Shown here: piece by piece, positions 37,005 to 48,536 of the stretch | Position numbering within the stretch: position 1 is the stretch's first letter | Layout of the letters: every line of letters starts with the position of its first letter | Assembly (NCBI GenBank): GCA_029531755.1 | Contig: CM055969.1 | Coordinates: 23,623,285 to 23,687,284, forward strand | Source of the DNA: Holothuria leucospilota | Taxonomy: Eukaryota | DNA length: 64,000 nt | Reading direction: 5' to 3' | Made by a program: the position numbers and the translations under genes | Notes under the pieces: model-generated | What the model saw: only the letters and a program-made list of their open reading frames with translations | The model's database searches: none | Told to the model about the DNA's origin: nothing

Positions 37005-37592
37005 GAAGTAAAAGTACGGTCGTTGAGGGCAACTCCATCTTAGCCTAGGGTACCTAGGCCTAGTTCTCACGTACACTTTGCTCCCTGAACTAGGCCTAGG
37101 CTATTGCAACACAAAGTTTTTCCCGCGTGGTTACTGTGAGAGTAACATCGTCTTCGTTCGTTTCTGCAATGATTGTTGCTACATACGCGTATGTGCGTAC
37201 ATGAACGTAACCATAGCTATGAACTTTTGTCACAATTGAACAGCAAGTGCGTGCTATTTAGAATACAATAGTGTGAACGTCCTAGTAACGAGATTTAGCA
37301 GCTTAATAGAATGTTTAAAAAACAAAACAGGATCGTTTGTCTAAATCAAAATTTTTGGTCTCTTTTTGGAGACTGAGTGCTAGTATCCTCTATAGAATGA
37401 TGGGTCTTAAACATATAAATGACCCATAGAGGTCAATTACCTAGGAGTATATGTGAATTTGAGAAAGACTGAGACCATTCAAAATCTTTGAAGGTGCGGT
37501 AGCCCAAATTTTGACAATGGGTATATTGCTGACCTAGTATGGGAATCCACATACTAGGTCAGCAGACTGCGGACTAACTCCATCTATGCTGC
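37005..37592 (+). mobile_element. Composite interspersed repeat, long form (~550 bp), copy A
   Basis: About 90% identical to 38818-39364. Termini: AGCCTAGGGTACCTAGGCCTAGTTCTCACGTACACTTTG... and ...CTAGTATGGGAAKCC..ACTAGGTCAGCAGACTGCGGACTA. Confidence 0.8.
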
Positions 37593-38535
37593 CATCGTCC
37601 CTATAACTGAGACTCCGGCGTCTGACTTCGGGCCACGAAGGGAGGCAGCCTTACCTGGGGGTGCTGCACGGGGATGTTCCCCCACTAAGAGTATTTATTG
37701 ACTAGAGACCAAGGTCAAAATGGCGGAATGTCCCAGCCATGGAGGCAAAGTTAGGTCCAATATTAAAATTTGCAGTGTCTCGACCAACCAGTCGTTTCTT
37801 CCTTGCGTGTACTTTCTCTAACACTTTGTTATTTAATAGGGCTTGCCTGCATATGTTGTGCACAGAATTAACCTCAACGTACGCCGTATCGCGTCTCATG
37901 ATCATACAGAAATACCCTTTTGAGCTCACAAGAATTTAGTGCGTGCACAAACGTTATCAGCTTATGTGCAGCGCGTCAACGCAGCGCGTCGACGCGCTGT
38001 ACATAGCCCGCTGTGTGTACTGCGTCGACGCGACGCGCTTTACATAGCCAGTTTTGTGTAGCGCCTCGGCCCGCTTAACATAGCCAGATAACATTTGTGC
38101 GTGCACATGTGCGCGTCCAAAACAAAAATACGCCTGTCTATGAAAGCCGAAGTACGCGCTCACGAGTGCGCTCTGTTTTGCCAGTGGTTAATTTATAGCC
38201 TAGCCTACACATACAAGTTATAGCAATAGTTGCGTTCGCGTTCAAGTATGCTCTGCGCGTATTTTGATCTTACGAGCAGTTTTCTTCTCAGTCAGTGTGG
38301 AATTCTGTACGTTTTACATATTAAGCCTAGGATTTTTAGTTGGAGGAGACGAGCAAAGGTGAGTACCTATTTTTTATTCCAGTGTATATTATAATTATTA
38401 TCTATGCTAGACGACTAGGGCTTTCATTCGTTATGGTCGCCTAGGGTTTCGTAGTGAATCCTGTTGCCGGTATCTTAGCGTTACGTAAGCGCTGTATGCG
38501 TTAGTAATGCTTCAAACGTACACAGAAGTTGACGT

Positions 38536-38690
38536 TAAGAATTGCACGTCCAGTCTTAGTCCGCAGTCTGCTGACCTAGTATTTGGGAAGCTTTGGGGCT
38601 TCCCATACTAGTTCAGGGAACAAAGTGTAAGTCAGAACTAGGCCTAGGTACCCTAGGCTAGTCTAGTACCCCAGATAGCACACTTTGTTG
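38536..38690 (-). mobile_element. Same family, short form: 5' and 3' termini joined, internal ~440 bp missing
   Basis: Reverse complement of the 3' terminus directly followed by reverse complement of the 5' terminus. Equivalent short copies at 40628-40742(-) and 41148-41272(+). Confidence 0.7.
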
Positions 38691-38817
38691 GACCAACATT
38701 GGCAAATGGTCGGCAAATGTTGGCAAGCATTGGCAATAAGTTGTGTTGGCACATAAATGTTGGACCAACGCAAGACCAACAACTGTTGTGCACTCTAACA
38801 TTTTTCCAACGTTGGGC

Positions 38818-39364
38818 CAACATTAGCCTAGGGTACCTAGGCCTAGTTCTCACGTACACTTTGTTCCCTGAACTAGGCCTAGGCTATTGCAACACAAATT
38901 TTTGACCGCATATTACTGTGAGAGTAATATCGTCTGCGTGCGTTGCTGCAGTGATTGTTGCTATATACGCGTATGCGCGTGTATGAACGTAACTATAGCT
39001 ATAGACTATGTCACAATTGAACAGCAGTGGGTGCTATTTAGCACACAATAGTGTGAACGTCCTAGTTACACGATTTAGCAGTTTCATAGAATGTTAAAAA
39101 AAACAAAACAGGATCGTTTGTGTACATCAAAATTTTTGGTCTTTTTTTGGACACTTAGTGCAAAAAATCTTAGAATGAAGAGTCTTAAATATATAAGGCC
39201 CCGTAGAGGTCAATTATGTAGGAGTATACGTGAATTTGAGAAAGATCGAGACCATTCAAAATTTTTGAAGTTGCGGTAGCCCAATTTTGACAATGGGTAT
39301 ATTGCTGACCTAGTATGGGAAGCCCCAAAGCTTCCCAAATACTAGGTCAGCAGACTGCGGACTA
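38818..39364 (+). mobile_element. Composite interspersed repeat, long form, copy B
   Basis: Direct repeat of 37005-37592. Confidence 0.8.
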
Positions 39365-39374
39365 GGCCAACATT

Positions 39375-40265
39375 TACCAAACAATTGTTGGGTTTCATTC
39401 ATTGAACCAATGTTAGGCCAACATTATCCATCCAACAGTAGGGCTTTCTTCGGTCAAACAACATTGGGCCAACATATACCAACCAACTGTTGGGTCACAT
39501 ATATTGAACCAACGTTGGGCGAACATAATTCAGCCCAACTGTTAGGCCTTATTCGTTTAACCAACGTTGGACCAACGTGTACCAACCAAATGTTGGGCCT
39601 TACTCGTTAAACCAATGTGGGGCCAACATGTACCAACCAACTGTTGGGCCACATTCCTTTAACCAACGATGGGCGAACATTGCCCAGCCAACTGTTAGGC
39701 CTTATTTGTTTAACCAACATTGGACCAACATGTACCAACCAAATGTTGGGCCTTACTCGTTAAACCAATGTGGGGCCAGCATGTACCGCAACCAACTGTT
39801 GGGCCACATTCCTTTAACCAACGATGGGCGAACATTGCCCAGCCAACTGTTAGGCCTTATTTGTTTAACCAACATTGGACCAACATGTACCAACCAAATG
39901 TTGGGCCTTACTCGTTAAACCAATGTGGGGCCAGCATGTACCGCAACCAACTGTTGGGCCACATTCCTTTAACCAACGATGGGCGAACATTGCCCAGCCA
40001 ACTGTTAGGCCTTATTCGTTTAACCAACATTGGACCAACATGTACCAACTAATGTTGGGCCTTACTTGTTAAACCAACATGGGGCCAACATGTATCAACC
40101 AAAGGATGGGCTTCATTCATTTAACCAACGTTGGGCACACATTGCCCCGCCGACTGATAGGCCTTATTTTAGACATTATGTAAGAAACCAACGTTGAGCC
40201 AGTTTAAAGTTACCAACTGTTGGGAATCATATATTGAACCAACGTTGGACCAACACTTAAATTTT
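39375..40265. repeat. Satellite, ~155-bp unit in about 5.5 tandem copies, with (TTGGGCCAACAT / ACCAACCAACTGTTGGGCC) sub-repeats
   Basis: ORF-track entries 39577.., 39720.. and 39875.. repeat the same peptide with a 143-155 nt period. A related degenerate stretch lies at 38690-38830. Confidence 0.85.
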
Positions 40266-40627
40266 TTTTGAAGTTTCTAAAGGCCGTTACTATCATACAG
40301 TAATAAAACAGTATCAGAGAATTTATTTATAGGCCTGTCAAAGCAGTAAATAGAGGTTCAAAATTCATCAGCGGCACTTTATCTGTGATATTATCATGTT
40401 AAATATAAAAGATCAATAGTGTATGTGACAATTTGAAAGAGTTTAGTTATAAGTCATCCCTCGACTGATGTGCTGAATCTGGAGAACACTTAAAAGTCGG
40501 TCTACAACCTATGGTTGGCCCAACCCGAACACTGGATTTTGGTGATAGATTGCTAAAGGCCCACATTAGTTTCGGTTGGCCAATGGTAAGCGGCCCAACA
40601 TTGGCCTAACAATGTACCACCGAAAAA

Positions 40628-40742
40628 ATACTGCTAGTCCGCAGTCTGCTGACCTACTGAGTATTTGGGAAGCTTTGGGAACAAAGTGTACGTCAGAACT
40701 AGGCCTAGGTACCCTAGGCTAGTCCAGTCTATGCGTAAGCGA
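40628..40742 (-). mobile_element. Same family, short form
   Basis: CTGCTAGTCCGCAGTCTGCTGACCTA..GTATTTGGGAAGCTTTGGGAACAAAGTGTACGTCAGAACTAGGCCTAGGTACCCTAGGCT. Confidence 0.7.
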
Positions 40743-40982
40743 GGCGGTTCAGTAGGCAATTCTTACCTTCGCTTTGCGGCTCTGAAAGTTGAAAATAAAT
40801 CTAAGATATAGGCGACATGCCACTAATTTGTAGCGCCATACTCTTACATAATCAAACCAAAGGTAAATAGTGTTCCTACAGCAACAAAAGTACTGCTGTT
40901 CCTTTACCGTACTCTTTGGGATTTGCGAGGGAGAATATATCTTTTCTTAAGTTACGAAAAGCACCAAAATATTGTCGCCATG

Positions 40983-41037
40983 TTTCGCCCACTAGATGCG
41001 TTCGCCCACTAGATGCGTTCGCCCACTAGATGCGCAC
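40983..41037. repeat. Three tandem copies of GTTCGCCCACTAGATGC
   Basis: Read directly from the sequence. Confidence 0.9.
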
Positions 41038-41147
41038 ATCTCAACGACTGACCGTCGGAGACTAAATCATTTTGGACCATAGAAATAAAAGTAAGGGAGA
41101 ATGACGTCTGCCGATCTGGACTGAAGCCATTGATATGGCTAGGCTGT

Positions 41148-41272
41148 ACTTAGTCTAGGGTAACTAGGCCCAGTTCTCACGTAGGCCTACTATAGATACA
41201 CTTTGTTCCCTGAACTAGTCTGGGAATCCCCAAAGCTTCCCAAATACTAGGTCAGCAGACATGCGGACTAGG
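41148..41272 (+). mobile_element. Same family, short form
   Basis: 5' terminus (..CAGTTCTCACGTAGG..CACTTTGTTCCCTGAACTAG) joined directly to the 3' terminus (TCTGGGAATCCCCAAAGCTTCCCAAATACTAGGTCAGCAGACATGCGGACTAGGCTG). Confidence 0.7.
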
Positions 41273-42454
41273 CTGTACGGCAACAGAGCTGTGACCTGCG
41301 CGTAATACAAATATCCGTCATTACTTTTGCCCCAAGTATTGGCAAAGAAACTACAAGTTTTCAAGTTAGGAGTATAAAACAAAATACTTAAAGCACCATG
41401 ACTTATTTCTGTTGTGAAAATTACTTCTAATCTTTCGAAAACCGGATAAAATAAGCTATAACTTCTGCAGCAGAATGCACACTGTACGTACGGAGACACA
41501 CCAATCAACCGGTCTTTTGCCATACAACGAAAGCGCCCTTGCAATTTTCGGGGCTTCAGGCCTGGGACACATTGTGTCAGCGTTCTCCCTTACTTTTATT
41601 TTTTATGTTTTGGACCTAACTCTTGCTTTCAAATTGGCCAACATTTTGCCAATATACAGGGTATATGTATTAGACCTTGGTCTCTAGTCATTAAATACTC
41701 TTATCTCCCCCACTACTCGGGCGCCACCCCTAGCTGCCCCCCCCCTTCAGTCCTCCTTTTGCCTTTTCCCCTCCTCTCCAAGGATGGTGTACCTAATGCT
41801 CCCACCGGCAGTTCACTGAACTTGAAGCCATTCTCGGCTCGAAATTGCTATCCGCTGAGTGCGTAGGCCTACTGTTTTTACCATATTGCCCGCATTTTGC
41901 ATTCAAAGAGTTCACTTGGAAGTCACGCAGGCGCCGTTCATAGCTAAGCTGATGCAATGTTTCCTAGTTTCTACCCACTAAAATAACTTGTTCTTGTTTG
42001 GTTATGCAGATTTGTTAGACGCGCGCTACGCAGCTTTCCTTGCTAAGACAAGATAGTAAGGAGATCTTCAAACATCAAGTGTAAAAACAGAAATGATAAT
42101 CAATGAAGACAAAATAATGGTCAAGCTGTCACAAAACAGAGGCTACATGAACAAAAGATACAAAGTAACAATTTATGAATGTTACTTTAAACAAAGATTA
42201 TCGGTTATACCATAAAAAAGGTCATTTTCAAAAATAAGCAAATATGATACTTCGTATCTTCTGTATTTACTTTAAGCCAGCCTGCGAGAATGGTACGCTA
42301 GTGACGCACAAAGCGGAGCTAGTAGTGCTTTGGGTATTTCCAAGTTACTGTCGACTCTGGAATTCAGCACATTCACAACCGCAGAGACGAAACCAACAGT
42401 AGTTGACATAAAAGCAGCGTTTATGTCGTTCGGCTTTTAATTTTCCTTCCAAAT

Positions 42455-42557
42455 ATGAAGCTTTTTACAGATGAAGGAAACCAACACACTCTTAAAACCC
42501 TCATTGCCTCCAAACTTTCAGGAATCTCCGTGGAATTGAGTCATGTGGACAGCACAG
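42455..42557 (+). CDS. MARS1: Methionyl-tRNA synthetase (cytoplasmic) exon 1: start codon and N-terminal GST-like domain; donor GTAGGT at 42558
   Basis: The ATG at 42455 matches the ORF track. Translation MKLFTDEGNQHTLKTLIASKLSGISVELSHVDST aligns with the human MARS1 N-terminus ([20 protein letters not shown]...VLISTVGPE). Splicing to the next exon keeps the frame. Confidence 0.8.
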
Positions 42558-42764
42558 GTAGGTCTTTTCCTACAGGGGGGTTTTCTGCGAAAAGAAAAAA
42601 AGCTACTGTACGTATAGGCCTAGGCCTACTTACTGCCACACTAACTACTGTCAGCAGCCTGGCGAACGTAAGAGTATTTACTTCCCTGAGACATTACTCA
42701 AAGATGGCTATAAGTGTGCCTCATATTCAGAATATCCCGGGTACATCCTTATGATTGCTTCTGA

Positions 42765-45175
42765 TTCCAACCTGGCTCACAGTATCTTGACTTATCTAAA
42801 TGTATGCTTGACATATGCAATGAATTTGGCCTTGACCAAATGGTTAGTGAGCCTACTAGAGTTAATAACATCCTAGATATTTTCTTGACAACAAATCCTA
42901 CTCTAGTTGATAGGTCTACCCTGATACCCGGCATTTCTGACCATGACGGCATTCCCATGATTATGATAAGTACTAGGCCCAAAATATCTAAGCAAAGGCC
43001 TAGGAAGGTTTATAGTTTCCACAAAGCTGACATTCATGGCATCAAATCTGAGCTTTCTAAGTTCAGTGCAAACTTGACTAAACAAGAGTGCTCTGTACAG
43101 ACTATGTACTCTGCACTTGAGGGAAAAATCAAAGAGGTCATGGATACGTATGTTCCATCTCGTATTGTCAGAAAGAGGAACCAAACCCCCTGGATTGATA
43201 AGAATATAAAACGTCTATTGAATAGGAAGCAAAGGGCCTATAACACTTGGCGTAAAACGCGTACTCCATCCTCCTTTGAAAACTTCAAATCCCAACGCAA
43301 ATTAACTCACAAAACAACAAGAACTGCTTACAGAAATTATGTTAATACAGTGTGCACCGATTCACCTAAACGTTTCTGGTCTTTCATTAAAAATCTTAGA
43401 TGTGATAGTGTTGGTATCCCTTCCTTAAAATCTGATGGGATACTTGTTTCGGAGAACACTCAGAAGGCTAACATCTTAAATGAGCAATTCAAAAAGGTCT
43501 TTACACGGGAGAATGACATCTTGCCTCCAGTTGACTCAAACACCATACCTACCATGCCTGATATTGAGGTTTCTTTAGAGGGTGTTGTCAAACTGCTTAA
43601 AGAGCTGAACCCAAACAAAGCCTCAGGTCCTGATGGTATACCTGCTCATATCTTGAAACTGGCTGCCGAGGAGGTTGCCCCTGCCCTCTGTTCCATTTTT
43701 CAGAAATCACTGGACACTGGTGTTTTACCATCCTCTTGGCTATGTGCCAATATTAGTCCAGTCTTTAAAAAAGGTGACCGTTCCCTCGCTTCGAACTATA
43801 GACCGGTCTCTCTTACTTCAATTTGCTGCAAAGTCCTTGAGCACATTATACACTCTCAAATTATGGGTCACTTTGATAACTACTCAGTTATCACAAACAG
43901 GCAGCATGGCTTTAGACAACACCATTCTTGTGAATCACAACTGATCTTAACAACCAATGATCTGGTGCAATCTTTAGACCATAGATCCCAGACTGATATG
44001 ATAATTATGGATTTTTCTAAGGCTTTTGATACGGTCCCTCATAACCGTTTGCTCTGTAAGTTACAGAATTATGGCATTAAAGGCCATACTCTTACTTGGA
44101 TTTCTAACTTCCTTAAGTTACGCAAACAGAGGGTTGTGGTGGGTGGTGATTTCTCTGATTGGGTGGATGTCATCTCTGGTGTCCCCCAAGGTACTGTTTT
44201 AGGTCCTCTCTTATTTTTAGTCTATATTAATGACCTGCCTGATAATATCTCTTCTGAAGTCAGACTTTTTGCTGACGATTGTGTTATTTATAGACAGATA
44301 AAGAATAATCTTGACCAGGTTCAACTCCAAAAGGATTTAAACACCCTTTCTGAGTGGCAAAATAAGTGGCAAATGCACTTTAACACCAAAAAGTGCTTTT
44401 CTATGAGGATCACTCACTCAAGGAATCCCAAGCTTTTTAATTATACTCTAGACAAAGATATCCTTGAGCCCACTGCCTCTCATACTTACCTAGGTGTTGA
44501 CATTTCAAACAATCTTACCTGGAATAGACATATTAACCATATCACTTCGTCTGCAAATAGGTCTCTGGCGTTTATCAGAAGGAATCTATACTCCTGTCCC
44601 AGGAGTGTTAAAGCTAATGCCTACCTTACTCTTGTCAGGCCTTTATTGGAGTATTCATCTTCCGTTTGGGATCCCTACACCGTTTCCCTATCCAATAAGG
44701 TTGAGCAAATTCAACGTAGGGCTGCTAGGTTTGTCTGTAATGACTATTCCCCCCATAGTAGCGTGACTGAAATGTTAAAAGATCTAGGGTGGGATAGCCT
44801 TAAAGTCAGGCGTACTGTCAACAGGCTAGCAATTTTTCACAAAGCCAGATTGGGTCTCCTAGCCTTGCCAATGAACAACCTTCAACCGGTCCGGCGGCCT
44901 TCTAGGCATCATCATTCAAACAGCTTTTTACATATACCAACCAATAAGGACTGCTACAAATACAGTTTCTTTCCTCGGACCGTCAGGGACTGGAACCTTC
45001 TCCCCCAGAACATAACAGATCTCGAGGACCCCAAGCAGTTCAAGAGCGCAGCCTTGAGGATTCTCAGACGGGACGACTAACTTCATGCGCACACCCAACC
45101 CTGCACGTTTGACTCCACCAGGAGTGTTGTGCAGTATTTATCCAGATCCAGATTCTGATAATGCTAGCTTGTAAT
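42765..45175 (+). mobile_element. 5'-truncated non-LTR retrotransposon (CR1/L2-like LINE) inside MARS1 intron 1, in the same orientation as the gene
   Basis: One 758-aa ORF. It begins inside the C-terminal part of an apurinic/apyrimidinic-type endonuclease (..PGISDHDGI), so the 5' end is truncated. The reverse transcriptase domain follows. The 3' boundary is approximate: no clear tail was seen before the adjacent MITE at 45180. Confidence 0.8.
42804..45080 (+). CDS. LINE ORF2-like polyprotein (endonuclease C-terminal fragment, reverse transcriptase, C-terminal domain)
   Basis: RT motifs: FRQHHSCESQLI, MDFSKAFDTVPHNRLL, GVPQGTVLGPLLFLVYINDL and FADDCVIY (the YxDD box). The C-terminal motif CYKYSFFPRTVRDWNLLP is typical of CR1/L2-clade elements, as I recall. 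Confidence 0.85.
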   Translation: MLDICNEFGLDQMVSEPTRVNNILDIFLTTNPTLVDRSTLIPGISDHDGIPMIMISTRPKISKQRPRKVYSFHKADIHGIKSELSKFSANLTKQECSVQTMYSALEGKIKEVMDTYVPSRIVRKRNQTPWIDKNIKRLLNRKQRAYNTWRKTRTPSSFENFKSQRKLTHKTTRTAYRNYVNTVCTDSPKRFWSFIKNLRCDSVGIPSLKSDGILVSENTQKANILNEQFKKVFTRENDILPPVDSNTIPTMPDIEVSLEGVVKLLKELNPNKASGPDGIPAHILKLAAEEVAPALCSIFQKSLDTGVLPSSWLCANISPVFKKGDRSLASNYRPVSLTSICCKVLEHIIHSQIMGHFDNYSVITNRQHGFRQHHSCESQLILTTNDLVQSLDHRSQTDMIIMDFSKAFDTVPHNRLLCKLQNYGIKGHTLTWISNFLKLRKQRVVVGGDFSDWVDVISGVPQGTVLGPLLFLVYINDLPDNISSEVRLFADDCVIYRQIKNNLDQVQLQKDLNTLSEWQNKWQMHFNTKKCFSMRITHSRNPKLFNYTLDKDILEPTASHTYLGVDISNNLTWNRHINHITSSANRSLAFIRRNLYSCPRSVKANAYLTLVRPLLEYSSSVWDPYTVSLSNKVEQIQRRAARFVCNDYSPHSSVTEMLKDLGWDSLKVRRTVNRLAIFHKARLGLLALPMNNLQPVRRPSRHHHSNSFLHIPTNKDCYKYSFFPRTVRDWNLLPQNITDLEDPKQFKSAALRILRRDD

Positions 45176-45179
45176 GTGT

Positions 45180-45440
45180 TTAAAGGCAATAGGCAGTCGC
45201 CCCAAAATTTTCTTTGAAAAATCAGCTAACTCTTGCAAATCTCCTCTTACTGCATTACAAGCACCTCTGAAGACGTTTTGAACATAACTATCACAAACAA
45301 TTGGTAAAGCAAGGCGAAATTCTCCTTGAATTCCACAATTCACTAACAAAAATATTGTCACATGATCAAAATAGGCCATTCATGAACTAGAGTGACAGGA
45401 TACACTCACTCTGTTTGGGGTGACTGCCTACTGCCTTTAA
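45180..45440. mobile_element. MITE with 24-bp TIRs TTAAAGGCAATAGGCAGTCGCCCC / GGGGTGACTGCCTACTGCCTTTAA
   Basis: The terminal inverted repeats differ at 2 of 24 positions. The element is about 260 bp with TTAA at both ends. No coding capacity. Confidence 0.65.
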
Positions 45441-45462
45441 GGTTACACTTACAGTATAGATC

Positions 45463-46172
45463 GTGATCTCTATAAATTATTCCGTACAACTATAGAATAC
45501 AGGACCACTCTTGTGCGGATGTGATGCGGATGTGATGTGGATGTGATGCGGATGTGATGTGATGTGACTGTTTACCTTACACCCCGAATTTTGACTCTGC
45601 ATCCAAGCATCCCATCCACTCTAAGAATATACTAATATTGGTGAAAACAGTCACACCACATCCAAATTCCAAGCATCCACGCATCCACTCCAAAATATGG
45701 CTTAAGGGGTCTTAGCAAGGAATAGATGACAATAAGTCATTCTCAAATTAAAGTCTCCTACTATATGCATATTCCATTTTATTATTAAACCTTTCCTATT
45801 TATCTAACAGCCCCGACTTTCACTCCGCATCCGAGCATCGGCTCATCCACCCAGGGAATACTTGGAATGGACTTACATTTTCTTGAAAAAAGTTTCATTT
45901 TGACCCTGCATCCAAGCATACATGCATGCACCCAAAAATACTTGCAGCAGACTTAGGAAAAACATTAAAGAAAGGTCCGCTTGTACAAAGATAATCTTGG
46001 TAAAAAATTTTGACTTCGCATCCGCGCATGCACCCAGGGTGGGTTTGGAAGGGACTTAGAAAATTTTCGACAAGTTTCATTTTGAACCCGCATCCGGGCA
46101 TTCGCGCATCCATCCAAGGTGAGTTTGGAAGGAACTTAATTTTACTCCTGAGTGGCCCTGTATTCTATAGTT
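45463..46172. mobile_element. TIR-bounded non-autonomous element carrying internal tandem repeats
   Basis: 23-bp TIRs AACTATAGAATACAGGACCACTC / GAGTGGCCCTGTATTCTATAGTT. Inside are a (GGATGTGAT)n minisatellite at 45500-45565 and about five ~110-bp tandem units (..GCATCCAAGCAT..CACCCAG.GAATACTTGGAA.GGACTTA..TTTCATTTTGAC..) at 45570-46140. Confidence 0.6.
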
Positions 46173-46215
46173 ACTCCAATTATTCAGTGTAATGGTAACT
46201 TGGTTATTTCCACAG

Positions 46216-46306
46216 AAATTGTTGTTCCTTTTCTGAGGCGGAGTGTGTTACCTGTTCTACAAACTGATGATGGAAATCACCTATTTTCAGCTAATGCCAT
46301 TGTGAG
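46216..46306 (+). CDS. MARS1: MetRS exon 2 (GST-like domain; EIVVPFLRRSVLPVLQTDDGNHLFSANAIV)
   Basis: Acceptor ccacag, donor GTACAG. Phase 1 joins exon 1. Aligns with human [31 protein letters not shown]. Confidence 0.8.
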
Positions 46307-46967
46307 GTACAGTACCTACATACTATAGAATCTATCCCTGTTGGCTGTAATTGTAACACCAGCATGTTATCTGTCCAGTGGTGCCCCCAAGATTTCAAGT
46401 GAGGAGGGCGAGGGGGGGGGGTGTATTAAGCAGAAATTTGGAGACGACAGAAATTTATGAGTGCACATTACTCCTTAAAACCGTGCATCTTTATACACAG
46501 ACAGGGGAAAGTGGAGGGGAGTGGGGGGAAAAACAAGTTCCCCCTTTTCCCCCTCCCTGACAGTGGCACCCTTGCTTCTCAAATCATACAGTGAAATGTG
46601 ATTCAATTTGCCCATTTTGTGGTGGTCAAATTTAGCACCGTCCTACACAATAGTACAGCAAAGTACTGTATAGTACCGTACACATGTATTTTCCTTCCCG
46701 TCCTATTTCTTTTGCATTCAAAAGATTTAGAATGAAACTTTAGATAAAAATGTTCTTTTTATCTTGTCAACTTTTGTACTATGAAATGTAAATTTATAGC
46801 ATAATCTCTGCATGCACCGCTGACATTGAATTTGATTTAATGTTATTTTTTCAGTGCTGCAGATCTGCAGTCCTTCATCAAATTTGATTTCTTTGAGCAC
46901 CCCATCCCTCAAATGATGCATGCATAAATTATGTTCTTTTTGTAAAATCATGTTATCTGTGTTTCAG

Positions 46968-47049
46968 GTACCTTTTGAGTCAATCAGGAAAGGATTCAGA
47001 TGACATTAGAGTAACATCATGGCTAGAATGGGAGTCTACAGAATTACAG
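46968..47049 (+). CDS. MARS1: MetRS exon 3 (RYLLSQSGKDSDDIRVTSWLEWESTELQ)
   Basis: Acceptor tttcag, donor GTAGGC. Aligns with human [27 protein letters not shown]. Confidence 0.85.
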
Positions 47050-48478
47050 GTAGGCCTACTTTTAAATGTTGAGGAGAGGGAAAATGCACTTGCCCCAACT
47101 TAAAGTGGACCTAAAGTCTAAAATTACAAGAATACATATTTTAGAGGTTGGAAAAAGAATTCCATTCATCCAACTCCCATCTTCATAGCTTATTCCGTTG
47201 CGGACAAATAAAATGTTGAAATTTATTCACGTAATTTGAAAAAGTCGATTGCACAATACTGTAATTTATGATGCCCTTCTTGTACAACTCACATTACCTG
47301 CTTTTGTTTCCTTGTGAAATTAATATGTCTATATGACCTTGAAGCACTTACCGTTCCCTTGCATAGCATGTTGTAGGGAAAAGGCTTTTATAGCCAAGTC
47401 ACCCTATAACAGTAAGACAGTGATCACATTTTGAAACAAGGTGCAGTGACTTTCGAAAAAACAAAAACAAAGACTGTCATTTGAGTAGTACAAGAATGAC
47501 ATCACAAGTTATTGCACAATCTACCATTTCAGATTGAGTTGAGTAAGCTTCAACATTTTATATCTCAGCTCAGGAATGTCCTGTGAAGATGGGAGTTGGA
47601 CCATCTGGATACATTTTCCAAGCTTTGTAACATATATTTTTGAAATTTTAGACTGAAGATGCACTTTAAATAAAGGGCCTGTTAAATTAAAAGTTCTACC
47701 CCCAGAAGATATGAGTTTAAATGAATTTGTAAACTTATGCATCTGCAAGCTTTTATGTTTGTAGTTTTTGCATTGAATCATCTGGGGTATTGACTCTGGA
47801 AGGACTTCTGTTGGCCATAAGCCTGCTGCACACAAGACAAATTAGCTCAACAAAATGATTTATGTGTTACTTTGCTCTGCTAGCTTCTCATATTTGTGGA
47901 CAAGTTTTCTGCCTCTTATGGCAATTGTCTCATATAGGCTATCCAATGGGTTTGATGTTTTGTGATATTGTATGTACAGTATAGCACTTTTCTCAACCTG
48001 TGTGCCAGACCCGAGCATTGGCTCACATATGTTTACCATTGTTTGTACCACAGGCTTAAGCACAAGTGAAAGTAACTGAGCCAAGTAATAGGAAAGGCAT
48101 TTTGCTGAGTTAGTATCTCTCTGTGTGTTGCAGGCTTATCATTATGCATTGGTGAAAAAGGTGTGAACCAAGTGCCAAGGTCTGGTGTACATTGTGAGAA
48201 AAGTGCCATGTGTGTCAAAAGACATCAAATATGTTGAGTATTGTGACACAGCCAGCAGAAGCGATAGTGGTTATATTAAACTTACTTAAACATGTGTAAG
48301 AAAACATCTGAACAAAGTGGCATGAGAGGCATTTCGCTAAAGTAATTTCTCTTATGTGTACTATGCAGCAGGCTTAATTGACTTCTCAAAATTAATATTG
48401 CATGACCTTAACTGGTGCATTGGATTCTTTTTGGTTTCGATGATAAGAGAAACCTATGCATTGGTGATGGAGTGTGTG

Positions 48479-48528
48479 TATGTATATGTGTGTTTGTGTG
48501 TGTGTATGTGTGTGTGTGTATGTGGCGT
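48479..48528. repeat. (TG)n / (TGTA)n-type microsatellite
   Basis: Read directly from the sequence. Confidence 0.9.
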
Positions 48529-48536
48529 GTTTGTGA

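Noticed and set aside
39410-40072. Overlapping ORFs 39410..40072 with repeated peptide sequence
   Set aside because: Translation of the 155-bp satellite, not a gene.
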